A DNA stretch of 62,000 nucleotides, from the NCBI RefSeq assembly GCF_000400465.1, contig NW_008806283.1, positions 82,001 through 144,000 on the forward strand, written 5' to 3'. Source of the DNA: Wallemia ichthyophaga EXF-994 (Eukaryota; Fungi; Basidiomycota). The position numbers and the translations under genes are program-made. Below are positions 22,641 to 36,730 of this stretch, piece by piece (within the stretch, counting starts at the first letter, position 1; the number at the start of each line of letters is the position of its first letter). The notes beneath the pieces are model-generated. The model saw only the letters and a program-made list of their open reading frames with translations, was not told where the DNA came from and searched no databases.

Positions 22641-23125
22641 TCGGGTATATGATAGTTGTTGGTCGTAGTGTTAGCTAAACAAGTTGAATAGTTTCCGGTT
22701 TCGTATTCGATTAGTTACATCGGCCAAGACATGCAGACTGGCAGATACTTGCCATGTGATTTGCTTGTGTATAACGCGTAAATCGTGCTTGTTCTACGCG
22801 TGTATCATCCTCACAGACGCACCTTCCCTTCCCAGATCACCTCCCATGCCTTTCCACTTTCGCGTCTGACAGCCAGGCACTGACTTAACTGACAGCTGCT
22901 TTGCATCACCTGACTGCATCTGCATATGCACCTGCACCCGCTCTAGCTGACACAAATACAATCCACTCTCATGCAGGGTATAAGTGGGGTGTAGATCCAC
23001 GCACCCCAAAAAAAAACTCAAAGTAAAAGTAATTCATTGCATGTGTCGATGATTAACATGTCGTTAAGAGTGTCGTAACTTGCGTTATTGCATATTTATT
23101 AGTGTTTATGGTTATTCAAACTGAG

Positions 23126-23825
23126 CTACTGCACAACAAGCACAGGTAGCTTGGTCTGCTCAATCACCGCACTGCTCACGCTCTCGCTAAACAGTTTCTT
23201 CCATTTCCCGAGAATCCTTCTGCCCACGATAACAAGATTGACGTGATGGTAATTGCACACTCTAGGAATAGTGCTCTTAGGATCACCATGTGCGACGTGG
23301 ATAGTCATCTCAATCCCCTTCTTCTGCTCTTGAAGTGTCGCTGTCACTTCTTCCCTCCTCAACTTGAGCTTGTCGAGGGCGACTTGGCGATCCCTAAAGA
23401 ATGCATTGATACGCGGATCAATTGCAGCTCCATCAGTCTTTGCCTCGTCAACACCGACGTAGATTGAATAATCCAAGTGTCTCTCTAGTGGTTTAAGAAT
23501 CGTCACCAGGAACAAATGATCTCCGCTCTGAGTGAGGTTCTCCAAATAATACTCAAGCGCTCCAATAGACTCTGCACTCTCGTCGTACGCTATCAGAACA
23601 CGACGAGTATCACTGCCAAGCTCATGCCCAGACACACCCTTTACCGTGTGGTGCTCTGTTAATGGCAGTGAAGGTTCTCTTGCGCGAATTGGATCTGTGT
23701 TTGTTTAGCAACTCAAACTCCCGCTAAACGTACACTCATCGATTACCTGGTGGAATTTCCTCTTGGCCCTCTTTTTCAGGGAACTTGGACGCTTTTACTG
23801 AGCTATTGCCGAATATGTTGACCAT
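23126..23825 (-). CDS. Universal stress protein (USP) family protein
   Basis: RRVLIAYDES.ES..AL, GDPK..I, LVIVGRR..G...LF.ESVS..V......PVLVV; first exon from ATG 23825 via a GTAATC...ACAG intron. Confidence 0.85.
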
Positions 23826-24110
23826 TATGTGTTGCGTGTTCGTGACTGTTACAATTCACACTATATATCCCATATTAACCCACCTCCTTCTCACGCTGCA
23901 CATCTGACCAGCAAGACATTCATGACATAACCTCCAAGACATTAATAATGCTTTTCACTCTCACCAATAGAGTTTCAATAAATTATATTTGTATGTGTAT
24001 TGTATTGTGTATATTACAAATGACAACAAAGTCAATAAAGCAAACAAAGATGAAAATTTAGCTATAAATCAAGTTCCATGTGACATTTGAGTATCCAAAT
24101 CAACTCACAC

Positions 24111-26108
24111 CTACTTGGCAAAGACTTCCTTCCTTGACGGCGAGTTAGCTCTGGTGTTGGGTCGGTGAGAAGCCGGTGTATTATGAGAACTACCTCCCGC
24201 ATTAGCGTTAGGTTGAGGTGTAGAGTGATTGCTATAATCCATACTTTCATCATCCTCATCTTCCCTGTCATCTCTATCATAACTCGTATTGTTACTATTG
24301 CTATTGCGCGTGTTGTGTTGTCCCAACTTGCCCCCTGTCCCGTTTTGTCCAGACTTGCGCAGGTATCGCTGTCGTACTTGGTGGTACGAGCGAGTTCCCA
24401 CCATCTTGCTCACCGCATCCCATTTCTGTCCATGGATTGACACCGCTTTCGCGAGGAGCGCATCTTCCGCACCTGTCCACTTAGTGTATGGCGCACGCGA
24501 ATTGTTCGAAGGTCCCACTGGTCGCATTGAAGTGAACCCAGCTGGTGGGATGCTGAATGCTGCCGATGGGTGATGCGAGGGGTGTTGCTGCATTGGATGA
24601 GGGGCGACAATTGAAGGTGGAGGTTGAGGTGTATTTTGTGTGTGTTTTGTAAGTTGTGTGTGTTGTATTTGTGGTGTTTGTCCTTCCTGTACGCTTTGTA
24701 CTCCCGCTCCTTGCTGTGGATGCACTACTGCCTGTTGAGGCATTGGAGGTGTCGCACTCACCCCTAAACCACTCATTCCCACTCCCGGCTCAGTCTTTAC
24801 GCGTGGGCTGCTTGCATCCGTCTTAGGTGTGCCCCATGTGAGTCGCTTCTTCGTTGGGGATTCAACAGGCGAAGAGGGCGTCGGCGGGGAGCTGCCTCTC
24901 AGTCGCAGTGGTGGTCCCAACTCGTTGATATGCTCTCTATCCTTCTCGAGTGCGTTCAGCTTAGGTGGCAGCGCATACGAGCTCGTCGGTGTTTCATTAT
25001 TGCTCTGTTCCACTGCGTGATCGGCGAGAAAATCAAGCGCCGACCCCTTGTTGTCCTGCTGCTGCTCCTTCATCTGTGTTGTTGGTTTCGTTGGACTCGA
25101 ATTGTAGTGTAGATATGGATCCTCGTTCCTGTTCTCCCCACCAGTAACGTAATTCTTTCTGTCAGTGCTGTTAGATATGGTGTTGATTGCTGGTAGTCTT
25201 CTTCGCTTCGGCGAGGTTTGAGGGGATGGGGAGTATGGTCGAGGCTTGGTAGGCGATCTGCTCACACTGCGCCCGTGCTGGTTGTCAAAGACGGAAGTAG
25301 CTGCATTTATGAGATTCTCTATGCCATTGTGCTGCTGCTGTTTGGGCGTGGAGGATGACGCACTGTGCATGGCTTTGCGCCGCGATATCTGCTTGGGTTG
25401 GAGCGATGACTGTTCTTCAGGGTTATTGGATTTGCGAATAAGCGTGTTTAAACGTTTGGAAGCAAGGAGTAGATGCTCAGCGCGTGCGTCACCCATCCCA
25501 TACTGATCAGAGCGTGAACCATCACCGTCATGCCAAGCAGCGTCTTTCCAGGCCTCAATACCTGGATGAGCTTTGGTGATGAGCGTAGCGCGTATCTGAC
25601 GTAATTCATTTTCTAATCTATTCGCCCTACGTAAGGCTTCCTCGAGCTGTCTCTGGTGTTAAAAAAAAAAAAAGCGGAAATAAAAAAAAGCACCAACCTT
25701 ATTTTTAAGAACACGCTTATCGCCAACTAGCATTCTGTTCTCAGATTGAATATCTTGGTGAAGTACAGAGGTACCTTGAGGCTCAATCTCATCGTGAGCT
25801 TCCCAGCGAGTGAGGCGTGCATCCCATCGAGATCTCTCCAATTTCCAAGAAAGAGCTTCGGCTTGCCTCTTCAACGACTCCAGCTCAATTTTATCGATAT
25901 TGTTATTTGTGTGAATTGATTGTTTTGACAGTGTGTTTGAAGATTCAATAGCGTGATTTAATAATTTCAGTGAAGTGGCGTATAGGAATGGTGCATCCCC
26001 GTGTTTGTCATCTAATACCGCTCTTAACCCACTCAACTCACTCAAACTCAATAGATTTCCCCCTGGCTCCGATGGCTCAGAAATAGGTGATGGCGGGTTC
26101 TTGCTCAT
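24111..26108 (-). CDS. Myb/SANT-domain protein with N-terminal coiled coil
   Basis: ORFs 26108-25659 and 25496-24111 joined by an intron near 25670-25620; PYTKWTGAEDALLAKAVSIHGQKWDAVSKMVGTRSYHQVRQRY Myb repeat. Confidence 0.85.
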
Positions 26109-26409
26109 TGGTCGTTCTAGTCTAAGATATAATTTCCTGTAACTTCCTTATTTAGCAATTATTTTATATATTCGGCGTGTTTGGCGATTTGTTAATTTGA
26201 TTTTGTGATGGTGGATACTCAATCAACTTAACATTTTGATTTCTGAGATTTGATTTTTTATTTTTTATAAATATAAAGATGAGTAGAATTTGGAAATTCA
26301 GGTGTTATAGCTGCTAAGCTACATACTCGTACAACTCACACACTCAAATCTCTACTCCCTGTTATTCCCATCTATCACCCCAACCACCATCATTTAAATT
26401 ACTTTTAAA

Positions 26410-29005
26410 ATGCAATTGGATGTAAAAGTGAGGCTATCGGAATACACAAGACACCCTTAACACCCCCTCACAGCGACAATTCTTTAATCGCAGTGAACGT
26501 GTCAAATCGGTCGATTTCCATCCAACAGAACCTTGGTTATTGGCTGGTTTGTATAATGGATCTGTTGTCATTTACAATACATCCACCAATAACCCTGTAA
26601 AATCATTCGAAGTCACCGATGTTCCCGTACGCTGCGTACGCTTCATCCCAAGAAAGAATTGGTTTGTTGCTGGCTCTGATGATTTCCAATTGAGGTTAGT
26701 GGCTAATTGTTATGATTCCCATCCTCTCACTCTCCCCCTTTAGATGCTTCAACTACAACACCTCGGACAAGATCTCTTCCTTTGAGGCTCACCCAGATTA
26801 TATCCGCGCTTTGGCTGTACACCCAACTCTCCCATACGTTATCACTGGTTCTGACGATATGTCCATCAAGCTCTGGAATTGGGAGAAGCAATGGCGCTGT
26901 CAGCACATCTTTGAAGGCCATACGCACTACATCATGAATATTGTCTTCAATCCAAAGGATACCAACACCTTCGCTTCTGCTTGCTTAGATAGGACTGTAA
27001 AAGTCTGGTCTTTGGGCGCTGTAAATGCCAATTTTACCTTAGAAGCACACGATAAGGGTGTAAATTATGTCGAGTACTATCACGGCAACGATAAACCCTA
27101 TATCGTTACTACCGGTGATGATAGACTTGTCAAGGTCTGGGATTACCACTCTAAATCTCTCGTTCAGTCTATGGAAGGTCACACTTCAAACGTCTCATTC
27201 GCCATATTCCACCCTTCCCTACCACTTATCATTTCTGGCGCTGAAGATGGCACTGTTAAGGTGTGGAACAGCAGCACTTACAGACTCGAGCAGACTTTGA
27301 ACTACGGTCTAGAGAGAGCTTGGTCGGTTGCTTATTCAAAGTCTATCAATGACGTCGCTGTCGGTTTTGATGAGGGTGCTGTAGTTTTCAAGGTGAGCAA
27401 CTGTGTTCTATAGGCACTCACACTCACACTCAACAGCTCGGTCGCGAAGATCCAACCTTCTCAATGGACTCCTCTGGTAAAGTCATCTACTCACGCAACA
27501 GTGAAATCTTCGGTGCAAATCTTCAAACACTCGACCAAGATGACCTCGTCGATGGCCAGCGTATACCATCTCAAGCTCGTGAACTCGGTAATACTGAGGT
27601 TTTCCCACAATCAATTCAACACTCACCCAACGGTCGCTTTGTGACGGTTTGTGGTGATGGCGAATACATCATCTACACTGCACTCGCATGGCGCAACAAA
27701 TCATTCGGTCTCGCTACATCCTTCGCTTGGGCTGGAGATAGCAACACGTACGCAGTACGCGAACCAAGTGGAAAGCTACGTGTTTTTAAGAATTTTAAAG
27801 AGAAGAATGCCCCTAAGGTAGCCAATAATACGGGTGGAATTACTAGTGTTTTTGGCGGTTCACTTCTTGGTATTGCCGGGAATGGTTGGATTATGTTCTG
27901 TGATTGGGAGAGTGGAGATATAGTAAGATGGATTGAAGTAGATGCCTCGCAAGTGAGCTGGTCACCTAATGGCGACTACGTTGCCATTATTTCCCCTGAC
28001 TCCGCCTACATGCTCCAATTTAACCGCGATGCATACGATCAACACGTTGCGAATGGTGCTGATTTCGGTGATGAGGGTGACGAAGAAGCATTCGAGGTTG
28101 TTTCAGAAATCAGCGACTCAATCAGTACTTGTAAATGGCTCGGTGATTGTCTCATCTACGTATCGACGTTAAACAGATTATGTTATGTGTTGGGTCATAA
28201 GTCCCAGCCACTCAATCACTTTGACGGGCCGCAGTATCTCCTCGGATACATTGGTACTCAGAACCGCATCTATGTGATGGACAAAGATCTTCAAATCAGG
28301 TCATACGCACTCGCGAAATCGCTCATTGAATATGAATCAGCTATCCTCAGCCAGGACTTTACCCTCGCAGAAAACATCCTTCCTAGGATACCAGCCGATC
28401 AGAAGAACAGGATAGCAAGATTTTTGGAAGACGAGGGATTGAAAGAGTTAGCGATGAGCGTGGCAACAGACCCAGACCAGAAATTTGACCTAGCAGTAGA
28501 ACTCGGCAAGCTCGACGAAGGCAATGCGCTAGCTAGTCAGTCAGTGTCTGCAGATTCGCAGAACAAGTGGCGCACATTGGGCGACAAGGCACTCGAGAAA
28601 TGGGATATCAGTCTATCTGTGGAGTGTTACAAAAAGGCAAGCGACCTCGAAGCGTTGCTATTAGTATATACAAGCAGTGGCGATAAGGGCGGTATGCAGG
28701 AACTAGCAGAATTGGCGATACAAGCCGGACAGAATAACATCGCATTCGCCGCACTCTTACAACTGGGACAGCCGGGCGAGTGTGTTGATTGCCTCCTGCG
28801 TAATCAACGTTACGCAGAGGCTGGACTATTCGCTAGTACGTATTGCCGAGACAAGATTCAAGAGTGTACAGCAGCGTGGAAGAGCAGCTTGTTGGGGGAG
28901 AAGAAGGATAAGATTGCAAAATCTATCGGTGATCCTGAAAACCAGCCTGAATTGTTCAGCAATAGCAATAGCAATAGCCATAATAATCTGATCGATGTTG
29001 AGTAG
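26410..29005 (+). CDS. SEC27: Coatomer beta-prime subunit
   Basis: [86 protein letters not shown]; several introns. Confidence 0.97.
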
Positions 29006-29424
29006 ATGTAAAATGAATTTTGTCTCTTTTAAGTAATTTAGCTCTTTTAATGACCGCATCGGAATAAAGATCGGCAATTAGATAAATTACGCAAATGTCT
29101 TAATTTAATTCGCCGGAAGTGCTCTTAATTAGGTGGGCGTGCAAAATTTTCACAGGTGCACAGAAGGACCTAAGAAGTCCGCCTGGACGTAGAATGCAAT
29201 TGAAAAAGCACACTACTATATTCGGTTGCAATTTCCGATGACACTTACTATATTTAGCATGCATTCTTCACACTGGGTTGTGATATCATCACATCGCCGT
29301 TCTTCGTCCTTCGTTCTGGATTGGCATGTATTGAGAATGAGTTGAGTCAACCGATAGCCGCTTACAATCCTAACAACAACCAACAGCCGCTAAAGGAGGA
29401 GCAACAGACAAAGAAAGCCACTCG

Positions 29425-31289
29425 ATGAAATCTGATAATAAATCGCAGACGCAGAGCAATAAGGTTTGTGGAGGTATTTGATCGGTGTGAACTGCTGCTA
29501 ATAACGCCTACAGTCTAGTACTTCTGTACAGGCTAACAACCGCAACGATATCGCGATACAAACGTCACCAGCACTCTACGACAACAGTGATGGCCTTCTC
29601 GGTCCGTCGAGCACGTCGCTCCATCAGCAACACCAGCCACATCAGGGCGTATATCTCAATCGCAGCAACTCTCACGCAGACGGCCGCTCGCGCTCTGTAT
29701 CCTTCGCCAGCACAGCGGCACCATCGCGTGTTTCACCAAATGATCCCTATGCCGCGTTTAGATCAAAGTCTACAATATCCTTAGCGCTGCCTACGGGTGA
29801 TGCTATCGAGGTCGAGGATGAGCCTGACCAGCTCCCAGAGCACAAGGAGAGTCGCGAGAAGACGCCGTCTCCCCAGCAGCCATCGACGCGGATACAGATA
29901 TTTAAGAGGATGTGCATCATCAATCTTGTGGCTTTCTCTTTCGGTATCGATGCCACGCTTTGGCTGCCAAGTGTCTACAGCTTCATTCTCACAGTGCGTC
30001 CGAACGACGCGGACAAATATCTCGCTGTGACACAGGCTGTCAGCGCACTCGCGCAGCTCATAGTCTCCCTCAGCATCGGTGTCTTTGCAGCAAAAGTGCG
30101 CTCGCTGAAATGGACCATCGTCGTCTGTATCTCGCTATCGTTCGCTGGTAACTTCCTCTATTCGTGCGCAGGTGTCGGTGCGATTGGCAATGTAGGGGCG
30201 ATTATAGGCGGTAGGATTCTCTGCGGTGTGGCTTCCGGCAGCTCTGGTCTCGCGATGGGTTTTATCGCCATTTCCACAGCCAACGTCGATAGACTGGAGG
30301 CGCTTTCGCAGTACAGAACGTATGCGGGTATAGCGCTAGTGCTCGGTCCTGCTCTCAACGCCCTCTTCGGTCTGATCGATGTCCAGATTGGGAACTACCA
30401 GGTCAACGAGAACAACGCACCGACATACTGTTCTTCGTTTATCATGGCCTTTCTCTCAATCCTACTCGCAGTCTTCCTCAGCAACAAGACTAAACCAGCT
30501 CCGAACCCGATCTTACCTGCTATCGAGTTCTTCAGGAGAGGCCACTACGGACCATCGCTGATCATCCTCTGTTCCATGCTCAGCAGCTCTTATGTCTCCG
30601 CTCTCATCCTTTACGTACTCCCAGACCGTCTCAGCAGTTTCTGGGGCTTCAGCACGGGTGTGCAGGCTGGATTGCAAACAGCAGTCTATGCAGCAGGCTT
30701 AATTGGTAGTCTGCTCAGCTCGTACATTCGTGACGGACTAGGACGACTTGTCCTCAAGATCACCTCATGGAAGGTGGGCGTCGATCGAGTAACGCTTCTC
30801 GAGCGCGCCAAGACAGACGGCGGCGTGAGCGCCGGTGCGCCTCTCTATACGGGTATTGGACTGGAGATTCTACTTGGTATTGTATCCTTCATGTGGGTCA
30901 GTCTAGGGTTAATAGCGATGATGATCTCGTTCGGATGCGATTTCGCTTATGACAGCTCACAAGCGGGCACTGCAGCAGGATTTCTTATCGGATGTGCTAT
31001 CGTTATGGTTGGATATAACATCCAAGCAGCCGTCCTGCCCACTCTGTTCTCCAAATCACTGCCAAATGACCTCAGAGTCAGTCTCACCCCATGGTACGGC
31101 GCTACGGTGGCCATGGGCAAGATTCTCGCACCGCTTATCACGGAGGCTATCACTGGTGCTACACCTACTGGCGGTCGCACGGGTGGGAACCAGCTCGGCG
31201 GATATGCGTTGGCACTGGGCGTTAGCGCTATAGGTGTAGTAACTACCTATTGGGTGAAATATCACCTGTCGCATGCTACAGCGTCGTAA
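29425..31289 (+). CDS. Major facilitator superfamily (MFS) transporter
   Basis: ATG 29425 plus one intron gives a long hydrophilic N-terminus and about 12 TM segments; GNFLYS...IIGGRILCGVASG motif. Confidence 0.85.
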
Positions 31290-31568
31290 TCTGGTGTGGC
31301 TTACATTTTCATACATGCATACACACACTCACGCTTACACCCATATTCAACTCTCACACCCCCTTGACATACGGATATACACAGCAGACAGCAGACAGCA
31401 CACAGCACGCGTAATTTATTACATATTTTTTACTCGGATAGAAAATAATAACACATTTCCATCTTCATAATGCATTTCCCATTTTCTGTTTTCATCGAAT
31501 TTTCATTTTCGCTTATCTTATCGGCGTCGCTTACGTCATTACAACCATCAAAAGACATTAAAGGAGAT

Positions 31569-33703
31569 ATGTTGAGCTGTATATTTGGCAGAAACCACAG
31601 CAGAACGGGCTTTACACCGCCCATTGAACACTTGCCCACGTTGGAGATCAAGGAGCCGCTGCAGACATCCCGCACAGAGCTCGATGAGAGACTTGCGGAT
31701 TTGAGGGAGCTGCTTATAGACAGCAAGCTGGACTACTACCTTATTCCCACCACTGATGCCCATGCTTCAGAGGAGGTAGCGGCTGCCGATGCCCGACTAA
31801 GCTTTGTATCTGGGTAAATCAACGGTTTACAAGACGCGAGCTATCCCTGACGCTCCCATAGCTTCACCGGCAGCTCTGGAATTGCGATAGTGGGTCAGCA
31901 CGCTGCACACCTATGGACCGACTCGCGCTACTTCATACAAGCAGAACGCCAACTCAGCGACGCGTGGACGCTGCACAAGGACGGGCTTCCTGGAGTTCCT
32001 ACGTGGCTTGAGTGGCTCAAGGGACTGTGCTGCTGCAGAATCGGTGTCGATCCGAAGCTGGTCGCATACACACAAGCACAGGCCATAGGTGACAACCTAC
32101 GTGAGTCAGACTGTGTGCTAGTCCATACGCACAACCTCGTCGACCGCATCTGGTACGACAGACCGCATCTGCCACTCAAGCCGCTTTTCGAGCTGAGAGT
32201 GCAGTTCGCGGGAGTTCATGCATCGCAGAAGCTGCACAGCGTCGATGCATATCTGGGTAGCAAGCGCGCACTCATCGCTACCGCTCTCGACGATGTGGCC
32301 TGGACGCTTAATCTGAGGTGGGAGGGTGTGTGCTGGGTGACACACTAGCTAATCCGAATACAACTTCACTTGCAGATGCCACGGGAGCGTTCCTTTCAGC
32401 CCCGTATTCTACTCCTATCTCTTTCTCTCGCAGGCTAAGAAGATATTGTTCGTGCACAAGCAGCAGCTCACTAAGGACGTCAGCGCATACCTGCACGAGC
32501 TGGGCGTCGAGGTTGACGATTACGACGCTGTGGACAGCAGGCTGAAAGAGGTGTCAGAGGGGTTCACTACGGTGCTCGCATCCCAGTCTGTCTCCTATGC
32601 CGTAGCAGCCGACTGCACATTCGAACGCATCAGGACTACCACCTCGCCTATCACGCTGTGGAAAGCTGTGAAGAATGAAACGGAGCTGCAGGGAGCTCGC
32701 GAAGCATACAAGCGAGATGGACTAGCTTTTGTCCGTTTCCTCGCATGGCTCGATGGACAGGTCAGAGCGGGAAACCCCAACCTCACCGAGTGGACAGTCA
32801 GTGGCAAGTTTGACGAGTTCAGGAAGGCGTTGCCCCTGTTCAAGGGTCTGGCGTACGAGAACATCTCTGCAACAGGCGCCAATGCAGCTCTGCCTCACTA
32901 CGCAGCTGGTCCTGATGCTCCCAAACTCGATCTGAGCACGCCTTACTTGAAGTAAGGAGACTCTTTGCAATGCATACGCAGCTTTGTTCGCTTTGCTCAC
33001 ACACCTCAGTGACTCTGGCGGACAGTATCTTGATGGGACTTGCGATACTACGCGCACTGTCCACCTGGGCACCCCGACAGCTGAGCAGAAGGTAGCGTTC
33101 ACGCGTGTCCTCCAGGGACACATCGCCATAGACTCGCTCGTCTTCCCTGAAGGCACGACTGGTGGCCATATCGACGTGCTCGCGAGACGTCCACTGTGGC
33201 GTGAAAACCTCGACTATGGCCATGGCACTGGGTGTGTGGGGCTTTTTTTTTTGTGGTTGCACCTGCTCACAACTCAATACAGACACGGCATAGGCTCGTA
33301 TTTGAACGTACACGAGGGACCACATGGGATTAATAAGGGTGTGACATTCGCTGAGCACCCACTGCGTATCGGTTGCATCAACTCGAATGAGCCTGGATAT
33401 TGTGAGACGTGAATTTTTTATCGATAGTATAACCACTCACGAGAGCTATCTACAGACGCCGAGAACAGATTCGGAATGCGCATCGAGTCTGTCGTCGCAG
33501 TTCAGGCGGCTGAACAAGAAGGTTGGCTGAAATACGACCGCTTGACTCAGGTTCCGATCGACAAACGTCTCGTCGACTTTGGGTTGCTGGACAAGTCAGA
33601 GAGGAATTGGCTCGAAGCGCACAACCAAGATGTCAAGAGAATGCTGTTGCCAATGCTAGATAAGTCTGAGACACTCGCGAAAGAGTGGTTGGAGAGGGTG
33701 TAA
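31569..33703 (+). CDS. Xaa-Pro aminopeptidase (aminopeptidase P, M24B, creatinase N domain)
   Basis: [67 protein letters not shown]; multiple introns. Confidence 0.95.
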
Positions 33704-33754
33704 TGACATGATGAATCAAGTGTACATGCTATGCTACAATAACAATCTTTGCTT

Positions 33755-34742
33755 TCACAAACTCGCTTTCGCACCGCTTGCCATAGTCACGCGCTCAATT
33801 TCGGGTATCTGATCAGGCGCATCGATGCGAAAATGCGGGATAGTGTCGAATGCTATAGAGGCCACACGAATCATAACACGTCTGCAAGGTCAGTCTGTGA
33901 GTAGATGAATCAGGCACACACGTAACCCACGCTGTGAATCCCAGTATCGGCTTGACGCCATTTCGACCAGTTTCGAAGACGTGTTTGCGGAGGTGGTGAG
34001 AAGGTGCGACTGGGTCTATGTCGTCGAAGTGCTGCGTGCGAGAGCGGGAGTGTGAGTGTTAGTGGTGATGTGAGGACTACAACCCACCCAGTGATAGATA
34101 TCGTCCGGGCTCTCGAGGTGCTTCAGCCGTAGGAGAAGGCTGTCTGCTTTGTGACAAAGGAAAGATTGGAGGGGATGAGAGAACAGCCTCTGCACTGTAA
34201 TGTGATCAGTGGAGTATCACCAACATAGGCACACACCCTCATCCTCATTCAACATCGGCACCAACGCCCTATCGGTAATGAGACATACTACCGGCCACAC
34301 TGTCAGCGCCGACGCGTTCGAGTATGCGAGGTGGGGCGGGAGCGTGGCCACATAGCGCACGCGCTGCAAATCACTACGCGGCAAACCTACCTCCTCTTCC
34401 GCTTCACGACGAGCTGTGTCCTCTGGAAAAATATCTTGCTCGTCGCGCTTGCCGCCTATTAGACAGGTATCGGATGGATATGCGCTGAGTAGCGGGCTCC
34501 GTTGGGATAACAAGACGTGGAGATCAGAGAGACGCCCTACAAATATCGCTACCATTACAGCCGCATGCTTGCCCGTGGATGACGAGGGATAGCGCGTGCG
34601 CGGGATGGATGCTTCCGATAGTCGCTGCAAGTAGCTGCATCCCTGAGCGGAGGCAGAGATAACACAATAACACCCACGCCTTCGAATTTTCATTCAGTCC
34701 GGCCACGTCGTCCAGTTTGAGAGAATGTGCGTGTGAGGTCAT
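33755..34742 (-). CDS. Nudix hydrolase, CoA diphosphatase (PCD1/NUDT7-like)
   Basis: AAVMVAIF, LSQRS..LSAYPSDTCLIGGKRD, Nudix box TARREAEEEVGL; four introns; ends ...SGAKASL*. Confidence 0.88.
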
Positions 34743-34847
34743 CGACGTTCTTATCAGGGATGGTGCACATTTTAATCGTCATCGTTATTCTTACAATACA
34801 TCAAAACATAAAGAATAAGAAAAAAACATTTACAAATCCTACTGCAG

Positions 34848-35831
34848 TCACGCAACAAAAACAGCAGGATCGACGCGTGCATCCTCAACGCATCTGTCGA
34901 AATACCGTTTCCTCAACTCTGCATCCTCAGCCTGTTTTACCAGCTCAATCTGTGCATACTCATTCCAGTAAGCGCCTCCAGGTAAATTTTCTTTCGGTTC
35001 ACTTGCAAGATGCAAACCCGGCGCAGCGCCTTCTGCTGGCGTTCTTCCAAAATAGCTCATAATGTAAGTAAAGGGGTAGGTAATGAGCCAAGAGACCCCA
35101 TAGTGCGCCTTATCGGTGATGGTAGTGTTGACCGCGCCTGGATGGTATACCCCGACCCAAATGTGCTTGTCAGCAAGGCGCTGCTGCAGTTCTTTTACTA
35201 CCACGTTCAACAGCAGTTTCGAGTCGGCGTAAATGGCGAAAGCGTTGATAACATAGCCATAAACGTTCCAGCTGTCCCTAAGCGGAGTCCTCTTGTTTGG
35301 AGGTGGGCGACTGGGCAGTGAGGTGAACATATATGCACCAGAGCCAGTAAAAATGATACGCGAGTCTGTTGAGTTAAGACAAGGCAAGAGGTGGCTAATC
35401 AAGGCAAGATGACCGATCACATTACATGCATACGTCATCTCAAGCCCGTCTGCACTGCTGCTCGAGGCCGTGTTGGGCGATATGAGACCTGCGTTCAAGA
35501 ACAGCGTGTCGATTGTGCGCGCGTCTTCTGCCTGCTCAGTCCAGCGCTGGCCGAAAGAACGGACTGAGTTGAGAGAAGAGAGGTCGATTTGCCACAAGTC
35601 AACAACCAAGTCGGGGCACCTTTCTTTTATCTCAGAGCGTGCCGCTTCTCCTTTGTCCATCGAGCGGCAGCCCATCACAAGCCTCTTGACGCCACTTTGG
35701 GCGACGTGGTCACACATAGCCAATCCGATCCCAGCATTCGCGCCAATGCAGATTATCGTCTTTCCTCGAAAGGCGTTGCTGTTGATGTTGTTGATTTTCT
35801 TGTTACTATCCTTTTCGAATGCACTAAACAT
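34848..35831 (-). CDS. Short-chain dehydrogenase/reductase (retinol-DH/WWOX-like)
   Basis: GANAGIG Rossmann motif, LNAG, catalytic YADSK, HPG.V.T; intronless; probable ATG 35831. Confidence 0.9.
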   Translation of the reverse strand: MFSAFEKDSNKKINNINSNAFRGKTIICIGANAGIGLAMCDHVAQSGVKRLVMGCRSMDKGEAARSEIKERCPDLVVDLWQIDLSSLNSVRSFGQRWTEQAEDARTIDTLFLNAGLISPNTASSSSADGLEMTYACNVIGHLALISHLLPCLNSTDSRIIFTGSGAYMFTSLPSRPPPNKRTPLRDSWNVYGYVINAFAIYADSKLLLNVVVKELQQRLADKHIWVGVYHPGAVNTTITDKAHYGVSWLITYPFTYIMSYFGRTPAEGAAPGLHLASEPKENLPGGAYWNEYAQIELVKQAEDAELRKRYFDRCVEDARVDPAVFVA

Positions 35832-36379
35832 GGTGGTAATACTGATAGCGATGGATTGCTGACTTGAGATTACTTGGAGAAAAATTGAGTCAATTAATGG
35901 ATGCAATTGAGCATTTCGTACATATTCATGAACCTTTTCTGTTGTCATCTTAATCCCATGATTACCGAAACCAAGACCGGCCATAACGCAGCCGATTCGT
36001 TTATTAACAATTTGATTAAAATAACAGCATCATCGTTCTCAAAATCACTCAAGCATTTCAAATACATCTCCATATATATCCTCCGCTCAATATCCATCGA
36101 GTATGATTTCTCGATTACCACCTATCTCATGTCAGACGGTGGATTTACGAGTTTTGATGATCTCTGAATAAAGCGCTTAACATATAGCCCTGAATTTTTT
36201 CTACATTTAAGTCACCAGAACTATGTTCCTGAGACTCCAGTTGTGCCCTAGAGGCTGCTCGGAAGTTGAAATCCGGCATCGCTCTGGAGCACGCTTCAGG
36301 ATAGACATGCGGAGTTTTTCGCGATTTATCGATAGACATGATTCTTTATAGCTGGTAGTGATCGCAAGAACCTAGTAAT

Positions 36380-36730
36380 TCAAGTATTCACTCTTCTAGA
36401 CGCGATTTACGGGTTTCGACAAGTGGCGTCCACACGACTCAACTCTGGCTCCAGGGAAGTAATATTGTCATTCATGACTTTTCAACGACTATTGAATACA
36501 ATTTATCCAAAGAAAGTAGGGGTCAGCTAAACTCTAAAATCGGGGGTTTGGATTAACCCAGTGCATTTCGAGACTTCAAAAGAATGGATGTGATGGCGGT
36601 TAAGGCTGTACTGGAATCTTATATTGCAGGAATGTATAGAGATGCATTCGAAATCACCCTGAGACCTACCACATCTAGCTGGACTAGTGCAGAGCACATC
36701 ACCACGCTATCAATGACATTAACACTCTCG
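36380..36730 (+). pseudogene. Possible decayed coding relic with weak RNase III-like segment
   Basis: Intron-like GT..AG segments of about 45 nt and a reading ...MAVKAVLESYIAGMYRDAFEITLRP; flanking frames are interrupted by stops. Confidence 0.25.

Noticed and set aside
22684-23100. Clustered CTGAC and ACGCGT motifs in the intergenic region
   Set aside because: Could be regulatory (MCB-like) but too short to distinguish from chance without comparative data.
34839-34850. Stop-codon readthrough (TGA CTG) creating a cryptic PTS1 on the SDR
   Set aside because: Readthrough adds only X-L-Q before TAG, which is not a PTS1.
34848-35984. Horizontal transfer of the intronless SDR
   Set aside because: Several clearly native genes here (ADE2, the Zn2Cys6 factor) are also intronless, and the sequence resembles eukaryotic RDH-type SDRs; no positive evidence.
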